In this document: positions 53,060-61,276 of the stretch, one piece after another | Layout of the letters: every line of letters starts with the position of its first letter | Numbering within the stretch: the first letter of the stretch is position 1 | Assembly (NCBI GenBank): GCA_050298595.1 | Contig: JBNKUM010000076.1 | Coordinates: 75,956 to 139,955, forward strand | Direction of reading: 5' to 3' | Source: Gammaproteobacteria bacterium | GTDB lineage: Bacteria; Pseudomonadota; Gammaproteobacteria; GCA-001735895 | Length of the DNA: 64,000 nt | Made by a program: the position numbers and the translations under genes | Notes under the pieces: model-generated | What the model saw: the letters and a program-made list of their open reading frames with translations, nothing else | What the model was told of the DNA's origin: nothing | The model's database searches: none

Positions 53060-53872
53060 TGTTGAATTGTATCCATAACTGACCCACCATTTGTACTGAA
53101 CTTTGACCCGTCTAATGGTTTGGATTATGTCTCACTTCAAGGTTTTCTGTTTAACTTTTTTCTCCTGCTGTGTTGAGTGTTTAAAACGATAACTATCATT
53201 ACCGGTTTCAATGATGTGGTAATGATAAGTTAATCGATCAAGCAATGCGGTTGTCATCTTTTCATCACCAAACACATTAGGCTATTCAGCAAAGCGGAGA
53301 TTGGTGGTTATGATGATGGTGTTTTTTTCATACAGCTTACTGATCAGGTGGAACAGCAGAGCGCCACCAACCTGACTGAACGGTAGATAGCCGAGCTCAT
53401 CCAGGATGACCAAATCCGTATACACCCGTCGGTGTGCCATTCTTCCTTGCTTTCCGATGTGTTTTTCCAGTTCCAGCTGATTCACGAGTTCGATGGTCGA
53501 TAGTAGGCGTACGCGTTTCTGATGATACTGTATGGCCTGCACATCAATGGTCGTTGCCAGATGGGTTTTACCCGTTCCGGGGCCACCGACCAAAACCACA
53601 TTCCGGGCTTCATCCATAAACTCACAGCCATTCAAGGATTTAACCAGAGCATCATTCACTTCACTTTGCATAAAGTCAAAACCAGAGAGGTCACGATAAG
53701 CAGGGAAGCGAGCGACCTTAATCTGGTACTGGATAGATAGAACTTCACGTACCGCTACTTCGGCTTTTAACAGTTGGCGCAGGATCGGCTCCGCATGACT
53801 GTATGCAGGTGAAGCCTGACTGGCCAGCTCATCGATACTCTGCGCCATGCCATACAGCTTGAGTTGTTTTAA
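53060..53872 (-). mobile_element. istB: IS21-family remnant: istB ATPase pseudogene plus right end
   Basis: GGPGTGKTHLA, LVILDELGYLP, TTNL, internal TAG then [14 protein letters not shown]; end TGTTGAATTG with tandem TGACCC repeats. Confidence 0.9.
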
Positions 53873-54461
53873 CCTAAAAAAATCAGTAGGACCTGCCGAA
53901 TATTAAAACTAGCACAGGATTTTTTTGATTGAAGGTTATCTGGAAGTTATGTCGGAGGCTGTGGAACTGACTGACAGCCAACGCCCATATTCGCCTTAAA
54001 TTTTTCCATCGCTTTGGCTAATATTCGGTTCCAGCACTCATCCGATGTTTACTGCGGCGCAATAGATTTTAACTCATTAAAAAATTTCACCAACCCATGA
54101 TATGCTCGTTTTTATGTTTCTATATTGCCGTGGGCACTGGTGATAATCATTTTTTTCTGGCGACTGCGTTCTATCAACCTTCCAACACTGCTGAGTAATA
54201 ACGGTCTACTGGTAACCGCTTCATGATGCTTGTCAGGAATCGCCAGTCGAACAAATAAATTCCACCAGTTGTAGATCAGTGCAATCATTCGATCCATAAA
54301 TTGACAACTTTTTATCTTAAATGTGGTGTAACCATCCCTGCTCCATTGATTCTTTATTTCGTCAAAATTATTTTCTCAGTCTGCTCGGTCTCTATAGTGA
54401 TGAAAAATAACGACTATATCTTCTTTTAGATCGGTGACTAAAACATAATATTCGAAAACTT
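53873..54461 (-). mobile_element. IS1380-family transposase 3' remnant
   Basis: ENNFDEIKNQW..GYTT, IALIYNWWNLFVRL..HHEAVTSRPLLL, with frameshifts. Confidence 0.7.
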
Positions 54462-54940
54462 TTATGTCTTCTGACCCATCCAGAAATACCAGGTTTTGTT
54501 GGCCGCTTTTAGAGTACTGAATACACACAAGTTATTCTGTAGTGCGCATATTTTTTCTGCTTTGTTAAAAATACTCAAGGCACCACGCCAGATTGGAATA
54601 CTGCCCAGACCACCGATCAAAACATTGGTAAGTACACTCAGGCGATTGATCAAATTAAATTGCTGAAAGATAAGGCCGATCTTAATCCTGGCCTTTCTGG
54701 CTCCTTTTGCCAGATGACCATTCTTCTGTACAGACAAACCGTCTAGATAATTTCCGTGCTGGAACATCTATCTGAAATCTCAAGGCCAGCAATATGACGC
54801 AGCAAGGTAGATTTACCAGAGCCACTGGGGCCGATTAAGGCTACAATTTCGTCTTTGGCTACCTGAATAGAGCTATCATCCAGTGCAATCTTCCTGCTAA
54901 AGGTCCTGGACAAAGATGTAATACTAATGGCTTTAGACAT
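54462..54940 (-). pseudogene. phnC: Phosphonate ABC transporter ATP-binding protein, frameshifted and truncated
   Basis: [21 protein letters not shown]; IFQQFNLINRLSVLTNVLIGGLG. Confidence 0.85.
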
Positions 54941-55675
54941 TACACTTCTCGATAAATTGACACGGCAGACTTTGGCCTTCAAATATGTCGGAAATGTGAT
55001 CAAATTATTAAGATTGTCTTACAAAAGCTAAACGGAGAGTTACATTGATTTGCTATTTTCTTTATTTGAGTGACTTTATTAGCTTCTGCTAACGAGATAA
55101 ATCTGTATCTATGCCTGTGTATTTGTTAAAGGAGTTCTGATTAATTTGTTATTGCGAAGGCACATGCGGGAATAATACTGGCAGGGTAACGCAGGGCGCC
55201 AGAGTCGAGAAGTGACCGAGCATTAACGACTCAACAATCTATAAGTGCTTCAAATAGCGAGGTAAAACCAGATCCAGGCTCCGCCCAGGGTACCGATACA
55301 GAAACCACGTCGTTGTCTTTGCTTTTCACTAGGGGAAGAGCCAAAAACTAAGAATTGTTTAGGTTCCACCCGATTACAGCGGTAATACAGATCTTATAAA
55401 AAGAGGAATCGGTATAGGATGTTGATTAATATATTAACTTCGGTTAAAAAAATAACTCTTATTTTTTAGATTTATAAATACATACTGAATAAACTATTGT
55501 TTTTCTAAAAAACCACATTAAACTGGAACCGTTTATTTTCCTGAACCGAATTTTCCTTCAGGAAATATTATATTTAATAAAAAATCATAAAAATAAATTA
55601 GTGTAAAAACTAATACAAAATATATCTCTAATATTGCCCGCATACTTGCATTCTTGCTCCGCATAATGTTTCGAT

Positions 55676-56563
55676 ATGAATCAACTTTTTAGTTTTGGGT
55701 TTAATATGAATTACTTACCAGTAGTATCTTCCAGTCTTTTCATGAGCTTAGGTTTACTGCTTGCCTTTCAACCAGCTCAGGCATCAGAAATAACTTTCAC
55801 ACCACGAATATCTCTATCATTAACATCCTATAAATTTACTCAATCAGAAAGAATTGGTGCGCTCGCCAATACTGGTATTAACGGGAATGATTTTCCAGAA
55901 ATTTCCTTTGAAGTAACGTTTAAAACACTTGGCATAGGCGGGACTTTTTTTAAGGATGGCTATTACCTTGATTTGTCTCTGCAGAAATCTGCTGAAGAAG
56001 AGGATTCGTTCACACTGGATGACCCGGTTTTTTCTGAACCGTTTAAAGAAACCTTTAAAGGAGACCGACAGGATAATGCGATAACACTTGGAAAAAAAAT
56101 TCTGGATAATAAAGGTGCTATCTATATTGGCTATAAAACTGGAAAAAGCGAAGCAGAAGGAAATCAGGGGCAACACCTTTCTTTTCAGGAAAAAGGGCCG
56201 TTTATTGGCGCAAACTTCGGCTGGGTTGTTGCAAAGTCTAGTATGTTCATAGTTAATATTGCCTATGCAGATCTAGAAGGAGATTTACGCGAGGAAGTTA
56301 CTAATCCATTATTTGTCTCTGGTAGCGGGCCTTCAGACATTGCTGTTCCGCTGGATATTGATGCAAACAGTGATTCTAAGGGATTAAGTTACGGGGTTAG
56401 CTGGGCATCTCGTATCAGTAAGGCTGTTAGCTATTCAGTCTCGCTTGATGCCAAAAAATATACTTTTGATAATGTAAAAGATAAAAATCCTGCCACGATC
56501 ACATCGGATAAATTCGAAGAGAAATTCGTCAGTGCCATGCTGTCACTATATTATCAATTTTAG
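55676..56563 (+). CDS. Putative outer-membrane beta-barrel protein
   Basis: Signal peptide (AQA|S), amphipathic strands, C-terminal LSLYYQF Bam motif. Confidence 0.8.
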   Translation: MNQLFSFGFNMNYLPVVSSSLFMSLGLLLAFQPAQASEITFTPRISLSLTSYKFTQSERIGALANTGINGNDFPEISFEVTFKTLGIGGTFFKDGYYLDLSLQKSAEEEDSFTLDDPVFSEPFKETFKGDRQDNAITLGKKILDNKGAIYIGYKTGKSEAEGNQGQHLSFQEKGPFIGANFGWVVAKSSMFIVNIAYADLEGDLREEVTNPLFVSGSGPSDIAVPLDIDANSDSKGLSYGVSWASRISKAVSYSVSLDAKKYTFDNVKDKNPATITSDKFEEKFVSAMLSLYYQF

Positions 56564-56583
56564 AATATTTTTATATTTATCTA

Positions 56584-58662
56584 ATGAATATTCCTGGGTA
56601 CCAGTTAGGTAGAGAGATATCTTCTAATGAATTCTGCTCCGTCTATAATGCTCTGGAAATTGAAACCAGTAAGACAGTCACCGTTAAATTTTTCCAACCA
56701 CAACTGTCAAAAAATCCGGAGTTTTGCCAGCATCTAAAAATAACATCGCAACTGTTACTGAATAAATCGATTGGCAATATCATCCCAGTAAAAGTCGCTG
56801 AATCTAATCCTGAAGGCTGTTATCTGGTTACAGGGTACTTTCCCTGCACTAAGTGCAATCAACCACTCCCCACTGAGTTCACTGTTGAAGAAATATTAAA
56901 CTTTGGTCTGCAAATAGCTGATAGCTTAACCAGATTGCATGCTATGGGCCTGGTTCATGGGGCGGTATCAACATTTAACCTGATATTCCCAAGTTCTTCA
57001 CAGGTCACCCTCGGCCTTATGTCTTTCCAGAGAACCATAAAACAGGGAGCTTTACTTGATGCTATACCGCTATCTATTGATGAGGCCAGTTATATTGCGC
57101 CTGAGTTTTCTGCCGGTAAGGGCCTGGATGCCAGATCAGATTTTTATTCTCTGGGCGTTGTTCTTTTTGAATTGCTGTTTAAATCGAAACCATTTATTGC
57201 AGATAGTTTGCAAAAGCTTCTGTTCAAAAAAGTAAAGATGATATTCGCTGACCCGAATCTAAATTTAAAAAAGCTGGATGCTTTATTTGATAAGTTACTG
57301 GCCCCCAACCCCAATCAACGAATTTCTAATGTTAATGAATATATTAAAGTTGTTGAACAATGTGGTTACAAAATAAATAATGCCAACACTTATATCGAAA
57401 GCCCTTCTAGCGCTGCTCCACAGAAATCTGAACCTGAAAAACCTGACAGTAAGAGCAATAATAAAAACATCACAATCTATTTGGTAGCCGGTTTGTTAAT
57501 GGTAGCAATGCTATCAATTTTTATGTTTGGCAAACAATCCACTGATGAGGACATAGCTTCGACAGGTCAACCACTTACCAGTACAATTAAAAAACCAGGC
57601 ATTCAGAATACAAAAGTCATTAAAGTTCTTTCTCAACCAGAGCTTATTGCCACTGTTGCGCCAGTTGAAAATAATAATATTGAAAATGAGCTTTACCTGA
57701 AAAGCCAGCAGAAATTTTTGCAGAAGGATTACAACGGTGCACTCATCAGTATTAACAATGCCCTTAAACAACAGCCCGGACACATCGAAGCGTTAAAATT
57801 AAAAAAAGATATCGAACTCGAAATAAAGGTTCGTACCTATCTGGCCAGGGCGGAAAAACTTATACAGCAAGGCAAACTCACTCAGCCTGAAAATGACAAC
57901 GCTTTTGAAACTTACAAACAATTAATCCCTTTGTTACCCGTGGGTGATAACCGTGGCAGGGAAGGCCTGGAAAAAATTGCCAGCCAATATTATTGGCAGG
58001 CAAATGACCTGGTACTACAAAAACAATACGCCAATGCCAAACAGCTTATTTCAACAGGTCTAACGGTTGTTCCTGACTTTAACCAATTAAAGCAGCTAGA
58101 CCTGTATATCAGACAGGAGCAATCTAAACAGTTAGCAGCAGAACAGAACCAAAAGCTACAGGCAGATCGAGAAGCTCAAAAAACAGCCCAACAGACATTA
58201 CAGCAACAACCAGTAGCTGAGGAAAATAAACTGGCTGCATTAGAAAGAGAAAAAGCACTTGAAATGCAACAGCAGAAAGAAAGTGAGGAAGAAGTTCGGT
58301 TACAACAAAAACAACTAAGAATTGAAAATTTGCTTAATAGTGCCAGGGCTTTGTTAGAACCGAATCAATTATCTGTTCAATCTTTGAGAAACAGTTTAGA
58401 AATTTACCAGCAATTGACAAGATTAACGGAGGATGATTCCAGGCTTGATAATCTATTCACACAGATTGTCGATTCATATGGCGTATTGGCCACGAATCAA
58501 AAACATATTCCAGAATTAACCGCTGCTTTACATACTATTGACCTTGGCCTGGCGCTGGATGGAAATAATTTGAAGTTACTTAACCTCAAAAGTGAAATCG
58601 AACAGTTAGTCAGCGAGGCTGAAGAAAAACAAAATGAAGTCCCATTTGTCGGAACATTTTAA
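56584..58662 (+). CDS. Ser/Thr pseudokinase + TM + periplasmic TPR/coiled-coil region
   Basis: IPGY, VTVK, HGAVSTFN (no HRD, no DFG), YIAPE, DARSDFYSLG; LTQPENDNA TPR-like region. Confidence 0.85.
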   Translation: MNIPGYQLGREISSNEFCSVYNALEIETSKTVTVKFFQPQLSKNPEFCQHLKITSQLLLNKSIGNIIPVKVAESNPEGCYLVTGYFPCTKCNQPLPTEFTVEEILNFGLQIADSLTRLHAMGLVHGAVSTFNLIFPSSSQVTLGLMSFQRTIKQGALLDAIPLSIDEASYIAPEFSAGKGLDARSDFYSLGVVLFELLFKSKPFIADSLQKLLFKKVKMIFADPNLNLKKLDALFDKLLAPNPNQRISNVNEYIKVVEQCGYKINNANTYIESPSSAAPQKSEPEKPDSKSNNKNITIYLVAGLLMVAMLSIFMFGKQSTDEDIASTGQPLTSTIKKPGIQNTKVIKVLSQPELIATVAPVENNNIENELYLKSQQKFLQKDYNGALISINNALKQQPGHIEALKLKKDIELEIKVRTYLARAEKLIQQGKLTQPENDNAFETYKQLIPLLPVGDNRGREGLEKIASQYYWQANDLVLQKQYANAKQLISTGLTVVPDFNQLKQLDLYIRQEQSKQLAAEQNQKLQADREAQKTAQQTLQQQPVAEENKLAALEREKALEMQQQKESEEEVRLQQKQLRIENLLNSARALLEPNQLSVQSLRNSLEIYQQLTRLTEDDSRLDNLFTQIVDSYGVLATNQKHIPELTAALHTIDLGLALDGNNLKLLNLKSEIEQLVSEAEEKQNEVPFVGTF

Positions 58663-58941
58663 TCAGTCCTGACTTATTTGAGCACTAATAAATCCAAAAA
58701 CCTATCGACTTACATTTAATAGCTACAGGTATAAAGAGTGATCTGTATTTCTAGTCTGTTATTTTCTCTCTCATTTCTTATAAATGCTGGGTAACTCTGA
58801 TTAATTCATTCGAAGATGTCATTGGTATTATGTGCAGCAACAGGCAAATATGTGCCATGAGCAGTCTTTAAAACTGATGCAAAAAGGCAAGAATCCGCCC
58901 TGTTTACCTTATTGAGTTTCCAGTCATTATCGGATGATACC

Positions 58942-59844
58942 TTATCCAGCCTCAACGGCTTCCCTGCTTCGGAACAGGCGTAGACCACCAAGCGCGATGA
59001 TATTACCAGCTAAAACCAGTATCAAACCGGCAAAACTTAATAGAGTCCACTGGTAACCCTCCACCCAGGTAGAGAGCGTTAATGCAACGACAGGAAACAT
59101 AACCGTAGCATAAGCTGCCTGGTTCGCACCCAGGCGAGCGACCAGGCTTAGGTAGGTAGTGAAACCGATTATAGAACCGAAGATAGCCAGATAGAGCAGG
59201 CTGCTCAAATATCTAAAGTCCAGACTGATTGACCAGGGCGTGCCGGTCAGCAGTATACAAACCAGCAATATTAATGCACCGTAGATCATGGAATAGGCAT
59301 TAGTTGTCCAGGGTTTGAGCCCTTTGCGCGAATGGCGCACCGATACCATATTACCCAGCGAAAACAGATACGTACCCAGCGCCGACAAGCCAAGCCCGAG
59401 TAATATGTCGCTGTTGAAACCATTTTCGATAATGTTATCCCAGAACAGCATAAGTAAACCTGTCAGCCCGAAAACGGTAGCGCTAAATGTCGTTGATGAG
59501 ATTTTCTGTTTCCAGATTAAAAGTCCATTAAATGCGTTGAATAATGTCGCCAACGAAAATACAACAGAAATCAAACCACTGACAATAAAACTACTGGCGT
59601 TATAAAAGCAGATAAAATTAAAAGAAAACAGGCAGAGCCCCTGTAGCAGAAAAAACAAATGGTCTTCAACGCACGTTGCCTGGCGCTGTCGGAGCAACAT
59701 CAGCATCGGAAGAAACAGTACCCCGGCCAGAGCAAAGCGATAAAAGATAGAAAGCAACACTGGAATGTCAGCAATTTGGAAATGTATGGCTATCCAGGTC
59801 GTCCCCCAGATAAGTATTGTACAAAGGTATAAAAAAAGGTTCAT
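58942..59844 (-). CDS. DMT/EamA family transporter
   Basis: IWGTTWIAI, YLAIFGSIIGF, ~10 TM helices. Confidence 0.9.
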   Translation of the reverse strand: MNLFLYLCTILIWGTTWIAIHFQIADIPVLLSIFYRFALAGVLFLPMLMLLRQRQATCVEDHLFFLLQGLCLFSFNFICFYNASSFIVSGLISVVFSLATLFNAFNGLLIWKQKISSTTFSATVFGLTGLLMLFWDNIIENGFNSDILLGLGLSALGTYLFSLGNMVSVRHSRKGLKPWTTNAYSMIYGALILLVCILLTGTPWSISLDFRYLSSLLYLAIFGSIIGFTTYLSLVARLGANQAAYATVMFPVVALTLSTWVEGYQWTLLSFAGLILVLAGNIIALGGLRLFRSREAVEAG

Positions 59845-60004
59845 AGCGAAAATCCTATGGGTAAAAGATTAGCGCAGAGGTTATTCTGGGATGGCAGGTT
59901 GAGTCGCACAAAAAATTGCGCTTTTTAGCAAAATCTTGCTCTTTGTTTTCTACAAGGTGTATGAAAGGCTTGTCTTCACCCAGAAACCGACCTATTTTTA
60001 CACT

Positions 60005-60877
60005 ATGGCAAAGAACACTTACTCTCAGGTGAAAGACACCTTAAACCAATCCAACGCTCGGCAACTGGATTATTGTGCCTTGAATCAGGACTTTGCTTTA
60101 GCACGTTGGACGAACCAGGATGACCACGTCAGTTACCAAATGACAGAGCACCATACCCTGAGTTATTACCTTTCTGGTGGATATGGTACGCAGCGGTTGG
60201 ATGACCTCTCCGCAGGGAGTGGCAGCCCCGGTAAGCTATGCCTTATGCCGGCCAGAGCAGATTCCGAATGGTTAGTACGGGAATCTCAGGAGTTCATTCA
60301 CCTGTATTTTTCAGAGGCATCGCTCAAATTGTTTGCCCTGGAGTCGTTTGATATTGATTCCAGGTTAGTTAATTTGCCTGAGCTCACCTATGCGGATCAC
60401 CACCTTTTGTCCAGCACCTGTGTAACTGCCACTAATCTGGACTGGCATGAAATTGGTGAACGACTCCATCTGCAACAATTGCTTTACCAGATGATGGCTT
60501 ATTTGTTACAGCACTTTATCTCTGCTCGTTCAATATCGGGATACCCAAAAGGCGGTCTTGCCAGGAAAAAATTAAACTCCGTTATGGAATATGTTCATGA
60601 GCATTTAGAGGGTGATGTCGATCTGTCTAGTCTGGCCGAAATCAGTGGTGTAAGCCGCTATCATTTTGCGCGCATGTTTAAGCAAAGTACCGGGCTCGCT
60701 CCACACCAATATGTGAGTAAGGTTCGGGTAAGAAAAAGTTTAGAAATGCTGCGCTCTGGCAAACCTCAGGCGGAAGTAGCTGCGGCTTGTGGTTATTCTC
60801 ACCAAAGCCATTTGGTTGCCCAGTTTAAACGTGAATACGGCATCACTCCTGCTCGATTGATTCGGGAAATTATTTAA
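60005..60877 (+). CDS. AraC family transcriptional regulator
   Basis: HHTLSYYL; SRYHFARMFKQSTG, CGYSHQSH..FKREYGITP. Confidence 0.93.
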   Translation: MAKNTYSQVKDTLNQSNARQLDYCALNQDFALARWTNQDDHVSYQMTEHHTLSYYLSGGYGTQRLDDLSAGSGSPGKLCLMPARADSEWLVRESQEFIHLYFSEASLKLFALESFDIDSRLVNLPELTYADHHLLSSTCVTATNLDWHEIGERLHLQQLLYQMMAYLLQHFISARSISGYPKGGLARKKLNSVMEYVHEHLEGDVDLSSLAEISGVSRYHFARMFKQSTGLAPHQYVSKVRVRKSLEMLRSGKPQAEVAAACGYSHQSHLVAQFKREYGITPARLIREII

Positions 60878-60984
60878 CCCGTACCCAGAATGGTAGAAAT
60901 GGGTCGGCTATACTCATTGAAAATCAGGAATGGGTTTCATCAACTTAAAGTCCGAACCATTTTTTCAGGAACTCCATACATAAC

Positions 60985-61012
60985 AAACCCACCACAAGGG
61001 TGGGTTGTTTTG
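60985..61012 (+). terminator. Intrinsic terminator
   Basis: AACCCACC-acaag-GGTGGGTT followed by a T-rich tract. Confidence 0.6.
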
Positions 61013-61075
61013 TTTGCTGAATTTATTGTTAAAACTATAACCAGCTACCCCAACAGAAGAGATAGACTCAGAACC

Positions 61076-61221
61076 GAATGGCACTTACTTAAGGCTAACA
61101 CGACGTCATTGCGAGGAGCTTGCGACGTGGCAATCCCTTTCGGCAGATGGTCTCAGCACTGTTTAGAGATCGCCGCGCTAACGCTCGCGAAGACAGTTTT
61201 CAGCTTAAGTAAGTGCCATTC
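61076..61221. mobile_element. 146 bp IS4-type MITE with an 11 bp target-site duplication
   Basis: Perfect 18 bp TIR GAATGGCACTTACTTAAG; GACTCAGAACC at 61065-61075 and 61222-61232. Confidence 0.9.
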
Positions 61222-61276
61222 GACTCAGAACCCGATCAATATAGGAACAGGTATACTATTCCCAAAATTCACCAAC

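Noticed and set aside
58806-58941. Possible NTF2-like C-terminal gene fragment (LPVAAHNTND)
   Set aside because: Too short and degenerate to support a call
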